A stretch of DNA of 64,000 nt, from the NCBI GenBank assembly GCA_964430885.1, contig CAYSHM010000001.1:64001-128000 (forward strand), read 5' to 3'. Position 1 is the stretch's first letter; each line of letters begins with the position of its first letter. Shown here in pieces: positions 8,602 to 17,029 of this stretch. A program made the position numbers and the translations under genes. The notes under the pieces are model-generated. The model was not told where the DNA came from, did no database searches, and saw only the letters and a list, made by a program, of their open reading frames with translations. The stretch is from an uncultured archaeon (GTDB lineage: Archaea; Thermoplasmatota; Penumbrarchaeia; JASLWR01).

Positions 8602-10584
8602 GTGTATAACAATGTTGAATTCATCGGTTTTTATTTTATCATCATCATAGTGACTGGCATGTTGGAAAAAGGAAAAAGGGAACTTCTGGATACCAGGGAG
8701 ATAAATATTCTCTTTGACTTTCCGTTCTTGGATGAGTATGACATCGAAGTTAAGGAAATAGAGCCGGAGGATTCTAGGGAATCGAATCTGTCGACCCATG
8801 AAATAGATATCCATAAACTTCTGGGTAAGGTCGTTGAAAGATACAGCGAAAAGGAATCCCACATTCTTCCACAAAGTAAGGGATCTGAAATTGCAAATGA
8901 TTCATATGATGCCTATGCCCATACGGTCGATTCAGGGAATATCAAAGAAGATGCTGATAATGTTCCAGCTACCAAAAAGGCCTCTAAACCGGGAAGAAAA
9001 AGATCAAAGAAAAAAGTAGGTTTCACAATTATAAGTGAAAATGATGATCTAAATACAGGTGAAAAGGAATCAGAAGGGCTGGATGAGTTCAATAATGACA
9101 AGAAATCCGGGGGAAAATCACCGGGAAACATAACAATGCCGCCGGACAGCAGTAAAGATGTGATTGAATTGCCAGTAAAGTCTTCCGGGCCTGATGAATC
9201 GTTGAAAGAGGATAAGGTGATTGAACTGCCACCCACAATTCATACTCCGCAGGATGTAGAAGAACCAGAGTATATAAAAATTGAAGACGGCATGCAATAT
9301 CGGAAGGAAACCAAGGGCCAGATCTCCGAAGATTATTACAGCGATAATACGGAGGCTGATAAAGGTAATGGCGCGGTTTCCCAAAAAGTATATGATAATT
9401 CTCATGAAGTGGCAGAAGAGGGAGATGTATTGGCAGAAGAAGCTGATGAAAATGGAGAAGGCGTAAAGGAACAACAGGTTTTAGACACACAAAAAGATAG
9501 CAATATTGATGATATAGAGGACAATTCCGAAAAGAAGGATGAAGGCGATGAAGATGAATTAAAGGAAGTAATCGAATTGCCTGTTAGAGCGCAGAAAGAT
9601 AGCGGTGAAGTAACATCTAAAGGTGTAATAGAGCTCCCGGTAAAAAGTGCTGGGAGATCAGTAGATGAGCCTCTAAAAAGTGTGATAGAACTGCCAGTGA
9701 AGAGCGCCGGGGAATTAGTAGATAAACCTGCAGAAGGTGTGATTGAACTGCCGGTAAAAGGAATGAAAAAATCAGATATTGAGCAGGATGGAGATGAAGG
9801 TATCATTGAGCTTCCAGTCAAATCAGGTGGAGATATTAGACGCGGTCAGCCTAGTGTTATTGAATTACCTGTGAAATCAAAAGGAGAGGTTGAAACCGGA
9901 ATTAATGAAGTAATAAAATTGCCATCCTGGTCTGAAGTATATCCTAAAATGGACGGCTGCCCTGAAGGAACTGATCTTGAAAAAATACCTATCCATGATG
10001 AAGTGAAGAAACGCCAGGATGCCCTTGAGCAGATGATGGCTAGAAAAGGCCTATTGAGGAAGAAGAAAAAGGAAAAACCAAAACTAACAGATATAGAAAG
10101 GGTAAGATTGAATAGGCTACATGAGAAACAGCATAATGCAATTAAGCAGACATTGAGGCAGAGGAAAAGAAAGAAAAAATACACAACATTGACCTGGGAG
10201 GATCTCAAGGTACTGAGAACAAAGAACTTTGATTCCATCAAAAAGATCACACAAAAACCGGGAATACAGGAAGAACGAAAATCTGATCTGCCCATACTTA
10301 AAAAGATATCCCCAGATACCTCGATTGACGTTGCAGACAAAAAGAAAACCCATGAGGGGCGCCCTAATTCAGATGAAGGCATAACACAATTAAAAAGGAT
10401 CATTGATTCGTCATCTCCAGCAAGATTCAAAGTCGAAAACGCTTCAGCCGCACCACAACCAAATCCCTCAGTTGTTCCAGGCGTCACTTTCAGTAAAATA
10501 TACAGATGTACAAAGTGCAATGCTATTGTTAATCGAAGGGTCACTAACAGATGCTTTTCATGTGGTCAGGTGATATCTGATTGA
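8602..10584 (+). CDS. Largely disordered protein with VIELPV-type motif array and C-terminal zinc ribbon
   Basis: Acidic low-complexity body, nine motif copies, a basic helical segment, and C-terminal CTKC-x11-CFSC. True start may be ATG 8659. Confidence 0.75.
   Translation: MYNNVEFIGFYFIIIIVTGMLEKGKRELLDTREINILFDFPFLDEYDIEVKEIEPEDSRESNLSTHEIDIHKLLGKVVERYSEKESHILPQSKGSEIANDSYDAYAHTVDSGNIKEDADNVPATKKASKPGRKRSKKKVGFTIISENDDLNTGEKESEGLDEFNNDKKSGGKSPGNITMPPDSSKDVIELPVKSSGPDESLKEDKVIELPPTIHTPQDVEEPEYIKIEDGMQYRKETKGQISEDYYSDNTEADKGNGAVSQKVYDNSHEVAEEGDVLAEEADENGEGVKEQQVLDTQKDSNIDDIEDNSEKKDEGDEDELKEVIELPVRAQKDSGEVTSKGVIELPVKSAGRSVDEPLKSVIELPVKSAGELVDKPAEGVIELPVKGMKKSDIEQDGDEGIIELPVKSGGDIRRGQPSVIELPVKSKGEVETGINEVIKLPSWSEVYPKMDGCPEGTDLEKIPIHDEVKKRQDALEQMMARKGLLRKKKKEKPKLTDIERVRLNRLHEKQHNAIKQTLRQRKRKKKYTTLTWEDLKVLRTKNFDSIKKITQKPGIQEERKSDLPILKKISPDTSIDVADKKKTHEGRPNSDEGITQLKRIIDSSSPARFKVENASAAPQPNPSVVPGVTFSKIYRCTKCNAIVNRRVTNRCFSCGQVISD
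9160..9924 (+). repeat. Nine-copy [VI]I[EK]LP(V[KR]) peptide repeat
   Basis: Copies are VIELPVK x5, VIELPVR, IIELPVK, VIELPP and VIKLP. Codons differ between copies, and the last seven are ~18-21 aa apart. Confidence 0.9.
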
Positions 10585-10650
10585 TATGACAAAATATTAT
10601 TAACAAATTTTTCATTTAGGAATGTTTTTTTTTGTATTCAGTAATTTTTA

Positions 10651-11442
10651 TTAATGGAAATTCTCTATCATCGACATGAACTCCTTTATGGCAGTCTTTT
10701 TTTTACCCTGAAGCTGAACAGCATAATTCTTGTTATCCTGAAGTCCCTTTCTCCACCTCTCTTTCACATCATCCTTCGCCTGACCCACCAAAGCCGCAAG
10801 GCCCAATTTATCATCTCTAATCTTTTCAAGAGCTTCAATGTCCCCCCATGAATCTGCCACAAAATGAATTGGATAGTAACCATAGTCCAGAGCCATTTCT
10901 ATACCGTTTGCCTTAGTAAATCCTCGAGGCATGAAATCCACTGCCTCTGATGAGGTTGTAACGGTCAATTTATTGGCCCAATGGGGAAATATAGAAAGAA
11001 AATCCTCTTTAATGCTTTCTATTGTTTCCTTCAACTCGTATCTCGGGACCAGTGTTACCATGATCTCAGAGCCTGGAAAAAGTTCATAATGAAGGCTCAT
11101 CTCTTTCCTCAACTGGTCAAGCATCTCTTTTTCCTCATGTGCTGCTCCGATAAGCTTTTCTCCATTGTTTAGCTGAACCAGCCCCATTTCGCAGTAGAAA
11201 TGCCCCATCTGGATCCATCTTTCAAGCCTTTTATCAGTTTCCCGTAAAGCACCCTTTATCCTGTAGATCTCACATCCGGTAAGAAGGCCGCTTTTATGAT
11301 CTTCAATAAAGGGAGCTAACAGATCAGCCATTCCTTCATACAGGTATCCTACCCCGTTCTCCCGCCAGGAATCGGGCCTAAGGAGCGTCCCATCCATATC
11401 GAATAGTACCAGCGGGCCTTTGTTCCCCTTATGTCTGTACAT
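10651..11442 (-). CDS. HAD-superfamily hydrolase (Cof/IIB-like)
   Basis: Motif I LFDMDGTL, motif III VDFMPRGFTK, motif IV-like ADSWGD. Confidence 0.8.
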   Translation of the reverse strand: MYRHKGNKGPLVLFDMDGTLLRPDSWRENGVGYLYEGMADLLAPFIEDHKSGLLTGCEIYRIKGALRETDKRLERWIQMGHFYCEMGLVQLNNGEKLIGAAHEEKEMLDQLRKEMSLHYELFPGSEIMVTLVPRYELKETIESIKEDFLSIFPHWANKLTVTTSSEAVDFMPRGFTKANGIEMALDYGYYPIHFVADSWGDIEALEKIRDDKLGLAALVGQAKDDVKERWRKGLQDNKNYAVQLQGKKKTAIKEFMSMIENFH

Positions 11443-11525
11443 ATGATAACCTGTGTTTTGTTAGTTATTTGTAAATAAAAATGGATATGATCCGAATTTC
11501 ATGTAATATGCATCAATAAAAAGTT

Positions 11526-13841
11526 CTATGTCTCCCATCCGTCATCGTCATCCCAGTCATCGCTGCTTTCATCATCATCTTTCCACCAATCCTTATCTGG
11601 GCGTGATCGATGTATCCTTTCTCTCCCATGATCTCCGGCAACTTTCTGTCGTCCTTTCCGCTGTCTTCTAACCGCTGCTCCTCTCGTCATGCTTGGATGC
11701 CGGCCATCTATTCTTTTTCTCCTTCCGGCAATTGGGGAAACATCCTCCTTATCATCGTACCAATCATCATCGTCCGGCTCTGCCATCTTAGGTCCATCAT
11801 CCCATCCGTCATCGTCATCCCAGAATTTTTTACTCCTCCTCTCATATCCGAATCTTTCGCTACTGTCCTCCTCTCTTCTGTATTTTGCCCTTCCTGATGA
11901 TCCCTTAATTCTCACCCCTCTTCTCTTTCCCCTTGGGGGTACATCCTCTCTCCTTTGTTCATGCCATCTTTCCTTCTTCTTATCCTTTGGGGCCCTAGTA
12001 GTGCTTTCCTTTTCTGGCGGAGATTCACCGGCAGGAGTATCATCAGAGGTCTTATCCCCCTTCTTTTTTGTTTTTCCAAACTCATCCAGATCCCATTTAC
12101 TCCGAAGAAATTGGATTATTATTATACAGACAATTATTAGAATGAATGCACCGATACCCAAAATAGCAATGGTTCCCCACAGTGAAATATTCGAACCCTT
12201 CTTTTGCCCCTTCTCATTAACCTGTAATGAAGGGTCAAGAGGAAATACATCCAATTGCAGTCCAGTGGTAGAATCAGCATCGGTCTTACCAGGGTTCCAA
12301 TTATCTGGCCAATTATCGCCGTCGGAATCCAGACTTGCAGCGGGATCCTTCGGAAAAGAATCGATATGGGTTACATTGGAATCAGGATGCTCTTCTTCAT
12401 ATCCTGGGTTCCACTGGTCAGGATATCCATCGTCGTCCGCATCCAAACTTACAGCAGGGTCCAGGGGGAAACAGTCAGTATAATTGATTCCTCCTATTGA
12501 GTCCTCTTTTCCTTTTCCCAGATTCCATTCATCCGGGAATCCGTCCCCATCGGAATCCCTACTCACCGCAGGATCATCAGGATAATCATCCAGATATGGG
12601 ATGCTGGTTGTAGAATCAGTTTGATCATATCCCTGGTTCCACTTATTGGGATATCCATCCCCATCGGAATCCATACTGGCCGAAGGGTCAGTCGGAAAAT
12701 CATCGATGTAATCAATATCTGACATGTTATGGTCTTCCTCATAACCGGGATTCCATTCATTGGGAAACCCGTCCCCATCACTGTCCTTGCTGACGGCGGG
12801 ATCGTTTGGATATTCATCTTGAATTTTCCCATCATTATCTGGATCAGCATTGTATATATCTATGATCTCATTTGCAGTCCCCATAGCCAACAGATTATCC
12901 CCTGGATGAAAAGAAATATCCCGAACAGTCAAGGAGTTATCACCTATCGATAAAATTGCCTCCCCTTCATGAAGGGACCAAAGGTAAACAGGCCCCCCTA
13001 TACCGGCTGAAATTATAGTTTCCTCTTTTTTCACAAACTCTACATCATAAACCTTATCCAGATTTCCGCTGAAGACCTTATAGATTATTTCCATATTAAG
13101 GTCCCAGACTATTGTTTTTCCATCGTTCCCTCCAGATATGAGCCAGCGCCCTTCATCCGGCTGAGAGGGCCACAGAAGGCACTGTATGGTATCGGTATGC
13201 CCGTGATATGTGTTGAATATGTTTCCGGTTTCCACATCCCATATCAATATTGTGTTGAAAGCCGAAGAGGCGATGGTTTTACCATTTGAAGACCAATCCA
13301 GATCAGTGACAGCATCGTCATGTGAGGTGAAATTCATGATGGAACGCTCCATGGAGCTGGTATAGATGTAGATTGACCCATTGCTGGTCCCCATCCCTAT
13401 CCTGCTCCCGTCCGGAGACCATTCCACGCATGTCGGATATTCGTTAACAAGGGATATGTTCTTCAGGATATCTCCGGTCCTTTCCTGCCATAATATTACC
13501 GAGTTGTCCATGCTCCCGGAGACTATCATTTTCCCGTCTGGAGACCAATCCAGATCTGTAATTCCCGATGAATGTTCAGTGAATTTGAGTGTATAATTAC
13601 CGTTTTCGGTATTCCAAATTCTGATTATACCATCCAAGGAACCTGAGGCCATTTTATCCTCACTATCATACCAGTCCAGTGCGAAAACAGGGGCATTATG
13701 ACCTATCAATGCTGTATCTGCCAGGGTTATGTTTAGTATATCTCCCTTTGTCGTCGATAAACATAGGGTGGAGGTGAACATTATCATCAATAGGGAGACC
13801 GCACAACTCCACGGAATATATTTTTTTTTAAGTTTATACAT
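11526..13841 (-). CDS. Membrane-anchored WD40 beta-propeller protein with thrombospondin type-3-like Ca-binding repeats and charged cytoplasmic tail
   Basis: Signal peptide, ~7 WD40 repeats (GH..V..LDW..D....ASGS.DG.IRIW), five DxxPxDP..SxDxDxDGxPxxWN repeats, one TM helix, and an acidic/basic Trp-rich tail. Confidence 0.88.
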   Translation of the reverse strand: MYKLKKKYIPWSCAVSLLMIMFTSTLCLSTTKGDILNITLADTALIGHNAPVFALDWYDSEDKMASGSLDGIIRIWNTENGNYTLKFTEHSSGITDLDWSPDGKMIVSGSMDNSVILWQERTGDILKNISLVNEYPTCVEWSPDGSRIGMGTSNGSIYIYTSSMERSIMNFTSHDDAVTDLDWSSNGKTIASSAFNTILIWDVETGNIFNTYHGHTDTIQCLLWPSQPDEGRWLISGGNDGKTIVWDLNMEIIYKVFSGNLDKVYDVEFVKKEETIISAGIGGPVYLWSLHEGEAILSIGDNSLTVRDISFHPGDNLLAMGTANEIIDIYNADPDNDGKIQDEYPNDPAVSKDSDGDGFPNEWNPGYEEDHNMSDIDYIDDFPTDPSASMDSDGDGYPNKWNQGYDQTDSTTSIPYLDDYPDDPAVSRDSDGDGFPDEWNLGKGKEDSIGGINYTDCFPLDPAVSLDADDDGYPDQWNPGYEEEHPDSNVTHIDSFPKDPAASLDSDGDNWPDNWNPGKTDADSTTGLQLDVFPLDPSLQVNEKGQKKGSNISLWGTIAILGIGAFILIIVCIIIIQFLRSKWDLDEFGKTKKKGDKTSDDTPAGESPPEKESTTRAPKDKKKERWHEQRREDVPPRGKRRGVRIKGSSGRAKYRREEDSSERFGYERRSKKFWDDDDGWDDGPKMAEPDDDDWYDDKEDVSPIAGRRKRIDGRHPSMTRGAAVRRQRKGRQKVAGDHGRERIHRSRPDKDWWKDDDESSDDWDDDDGWET

Positions 13842-13876
13842 TTTATTCCCCGGTTAAACCGATTATCCCGATCAGT

Positions 13877-15403
13877 TCAAAGTGTATTGATGGATGGATA
13901 CAGTTCAAGTACCATCCCTTGTATCTTAATGGGTTTGATCTTCCGGCTCTGGTTTATTGCTTCTTTCAGTTTGCGCTTACTGTCCGAATAGATGGTGAAA
14001 ATGGGTTCGCCCTTTTCCACCTTTTCACCCTTTTTTCTGCAAAGCCAAATTCCTGCACCTTTATCCTTGGGTGCACCGGCAGCCCTGACTATCTTTACAA
14101 TTCCTTTGTTATCTATTGCCTCAATGTAACCCTCTTCATCAGCCTTTTCCTCGTAGGTAAACTGACCCATGGGAACGGTATCAGATGTGATATTTTTGTC
14201 GCCGCCCTGCTCACTGATTATCTCTTTGAACTTGGCCAGGGCCAAACCGGATTCCAATAATTCCCTTGCCTTGGCCTTTCCCTCTCCTCTATGAGCAGCT
14301 CCGCCTGCTTCTATGATGGTCCCGGCAAGGGCAGTTGCTTTTTCCGTAAGGGAGCTTCGGACCTTTTTTCCTTCAAGGGCCATAAGTGCCTCTTTCACCT
14401 CGAGTGCCGGACCTATACCTGAGCCGATAGGCTGCCCCCCGAATGTAATGGCGCATTCCACCTTCATCCCTAACCGTCTTCCAATTTCGACGAAATCCGC
14501 GGCATATTTTCTGGCCATATCCTCTTCCTCTACTTTGGTTCCAGGGCCCATGGGAATGTCCAAAAGCAGGTATTCAGCACCGCCTGCCTTTTTCTTTGAC
14601 ATTATTGATGCTATTACCTGAGGATAGGGATCAATTGAAAGAGGATATTCAGCCTGAATGATCAGATCGTCAGCCGGAGCGATATTAACTGCTCCCCCCC
14701 ATGCAATCACACCTCCCACCTTTTCACCGATTCTTTTGATATCCTCCAAGGAAAGGGTCACGTTAGCGATTGTCTCAAGAATATCAGCAGTCCCGCAGGC
14801 GCTGGATATGGCCCTGGAGCAAGTCTTTGGTATCAAAAGATCAGCGGCAGCTACCATGGGCACGATAAGCAGGGTGATCTTGTTTCCCGGCAGACCGCCG
14901 ATGGAATGAAAATCCAGTACTGGTCCCCTGTCGAACTTCTGTATCTCTCCTGTATCTATCATGGCCTGTGTGAGCTTCTCCGTTTCATCTATGGACATTC
15001 CTCTAGTGTAGCAAGCTGTGACATAGGCAGATAGCTCAATATCGGATATGGAATGGTCTACAATATCATTTACAATAATTCTCAATTCCTTTTCATCTAG
15101 CTCCTTTCCTTCCAGTTTCTTCCGGATAAAATCAACCGATTCAGGTTTAGATGTGACCCTGAGCTGAACCTTCTCGCCCTCATCAAGTTCAAGTATCTTG
15201 TAAGTATTGTTGAAAAGTCCTATCTCTCCCTTTTCAATTAGAGTATCAGTAACGTTCACCTTGGCGGTAATTGTCTTCTTCCTGCTGACTATCTTCATAC
15301 GGTCTTCTTTGTAAACACTGAAATCTCTTGCATCATCAATATGTATGATAAGTTCATATTTTCCAGTGCTGACATCAATCTTTTTAACACTAAATTCTCT
15401 CAT
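13877..15403 (-). CDS. deoA: AMP phosphorylase (archaeal thymidine phosphorylase family)
   Basis: DFHSIGGLPGNK, PKTCSRAISSACGTAD, APADD, ASIMSKK, QPIGSGIGPALE, plus the archaeal N-terminal extension. ATG 15403 has a GAGGTG RBS. Adjacent to RuBisCO. Confidence 0.95.
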   Translation of the reverse strand: MREFSVKKIDVSTGKYELIIHIDDARDFSVYKEDRMKIVSRKKTITAKVNVTDTLIEKGEIGLFNNTYKILELDEGEKVQLRVTSKPESVDFIRKKLEGKELDEKELRIIVNDIVDHSISDIELSAYVTACYTRGMSIDETEKLTQAMIDTGEIQKFDRGPVLDFHSIGGLPGNKITLLIVPMVAAADLLIPKTCSRAISSACGTADILETIANVTLSLEDIKRIGEKVGGVIAWGGAVNIAPADDLIIQAEYPLSIDPYPQVIASIMSKKKAGGAEYLLLDIPMGPGTKVEEEDMARKYAADFVEIGRRLGMKVECAITFGGQPIGSGIGPALEVKEALMALEGKKVRSSLTEKATALAGTIIEAGGAAHRGEGKAKARELLESGLALAKFKEIISEQGGDKNITSDTVPMGQFTYEEKADEEGYIEAIDNKGIVKIVRAAGAPKDKGAGIWLCRKKGEKVEKGEPIFTIYSDSKRKLKEAINQSRKIKPIKIQGMVLELYPSINTL

Positions 15404-15456
15404 AAATAACACCTCGTCATGTAAATAATTGAAATTGAAAAATGAATTTATGCGCT

Positions 15457-16752
15457 TCATTGAGGCTTATGGCGTCCCCACTTCTTCAATGCCTCTGCCA
15501 GCTCATTGGAGGAATCCGCCTTCTCTTCCAGGGTCATCCCGTCCTTCCATGCATCTATGGCAGCCATTGATGCCTTGGCTCCGGCCCTTGTACCATAGGG
15601 GTGTCCGTGAATACCTCCGCTTACCAGCAGGATAAAATCCGTTCCGTATATGTCCATCACATCAGGCACCAAGCCGGGGTGAAGTCCGCCGGATGAAACC
15701 GGGAATGCGGGTTTTATATTGCCCCAATCCTGGTCCAGAAGCATGTTCTTCTTCTCCTTTGTCTTCCTGTCCCTTAGAACACTAGCTATTGAAAGAACCT
15801 CATCCTTGGTACCGACGAGTTTTCCAACTGCCGTACCCGAGTGTAGCTGATTCAATCCCAATAGACGCATCTCCTTGGCAACGAACTGCATTGTCATACC
15901 GTGCTTTGGATTCCTATCGAAAGAAGCATGCATGGCCCTGTGGGCGTGTGTTGTCATGCCCAGGTCACCCAGGTGATCGCGCATGGTCATCAGCCCGGCA
16001 GAACCCACGATGACAACATCAAGCATGGCATATGAAAATCCGTATTCATGGAGCAGGTCTGCCCGTTTCTTCATTGTCTCCACGTCGGCAGTGATATTGA
16101 TGAAAGCGCCCTTCTTGCCCCCCGTTTCCTTCTCTGCCTTGTCCCTCATCTTTGCCAGGAGCTGGACTCTTTTATCGAACTTGTTGAACTTGGTGGAAGT
16201 AAGATTCTCATCGTCCTTTACAAAATCAAAGCCGCCCATCCATGTCTCATATCCGATATCCGCATGCTCGGCAGCGCTGAATCCTATCTTTGGCTTTGGT
16301 ACGGCCCCGGTCAGTGGTCGGTCGTGAACACCCCATCTCTTTTTGATCCCGTCAATGCCAAGTATTGGACCCTTGAAATGTTCTATGTAGCTTTTGGGAA
16401 GGGAGACGTCTATGAGGCGCAGGTTTTCCACGCCTTTCATACCGAAGATGTTGCCTGCGATACCGCTTTTAAGCTGGCACCAGTTTCCGTCCTCCCAGAG
16501 GTCCCTAGGGTAGGCAACCTTAAGGTAGTTTTCTTTGATCTCGAAGGCAGTAGCCTGCAGCCCTTTCATTCTAGGGGGTAGCTTTGCCAGGGTGGTCCAT
16601 GTTCCTGTTGAACTCTCGGAAGCGATCCTGCCTGCAGATTCCTTTTTTGTCATGCCTTTGGGAGGTTCGAAGTAAAAAAGGACCGTAAGGTCGTCCTTTG
16701 CCGGAACATAGTTCGGGTCAACAAACTCATCATACCAATCTATCTTTGCCAT
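15457..16752 (-). CDS. rbcL: Form III ribulose-1,5-bisphosphate carboxylase (RuBisCO) large subunit
   Basis: ESSTGTW, AGN, PKPKIG, GGFDFVKDDENL (carbamylated Lys), HAHRAMH, HSGT..GKL, SSGGLH, GGIHGHP all present. Likely start is ATG 16752 (MAKIDWY). Confidence 0.96.
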   Translation of the reverse strand: MAKIDWYDEFVDPNYVPAKDDLTVLFYFEPPKGMTKKESAGRIASESSTGTWTTLAKLPPRMKGLQATAFEIKENYLKVAYPRDLWEDGNWCQLKSGIAGNIFGMKGVENLRLIDVSLPKSYIEHFKGPILGIDGIKKRWGVHDRPLTGAVPKPKIGFSAAEHADIGYETWMGGFDFVKDDENLTSTKFNKFDKRVQLLAKMRDKAEKETGGKKGAFINITADVETMKKRADLLHEYGFSYAMLDVVIVGSAGLMTMRDHLGDLGMTTHAHRAMHASFDRNPKHGMTMQFVAKEMRLLGLNQLHSGTAVGKLVGTKDEVLSIASVLRDRKTKEKKNMLLDQDWGNIKPAFPVSSGGLHPGLVPDVMDIYGTDFILLVSGGIHGHPYGTRAGAKASMAAIDAWKDGMTLEEKADSSNELAEALKKWGRHKPQ

Positions 16753-16836
16753 AACAATACCAATTCGATTACGGTGTCGAAGCAATAAATACCTTTTTAC
16801 AAAAAGTAAATCTATTTACAATACTATATCGGGTAC

Positions 16837-16920
16837 TTGGAAAATTGCACTTTTTCAATAGCTGAATTGTACACTCGGAAAGTAATATTATATCATCTCA
16901 ATTAGTATAGTTGAACTATA
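16837..16920. promoter_or_regulatory. Two palindromes (candidate operators) in the divergent rbcL / JAB intergenic region
   Basis: TTGGAAAATTGCACTTTTTCAA (16837-16858, 9 of 11 pairs match) and a perfect TATAGTT-G-AACTATA (16906-16920). Confidence 0.35.
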
Positions 16921-17029
16921 TTCATATAGGATATTCCAATGAGAAAAAATTGAACTAATTACAGGAAATCCGTATTATGAAATATATGGGTATAATGGGA
17001 AACATTATAGAAATCGGCGGTATGAAAAA

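Noticed and set aside
9160-9924. CRISPR array or DNA tandem repeat
   Set aside because: Repeat units differ at synonymous positions and lie in frame in a CDS. They are conserved as peptide, not as DNA, and no cas genes are present.
3197-10584. Intact prophage or complete eCIS/T6SS locus
   Set aside because: No capsid, terminase, sheath, tube, wedge, integrase or att repeats are visible, and the flanks are housekeeping genes.
15457-16752. RuBisCO-like protein (form IV) or evidence of a Calvin cycle
   Set aside because: The catalytic motifs of true RuBisCO are present. The neighbour is AMP phosphorylase and no phosphoribulokinase is seen, which points to nucleoside salvage.
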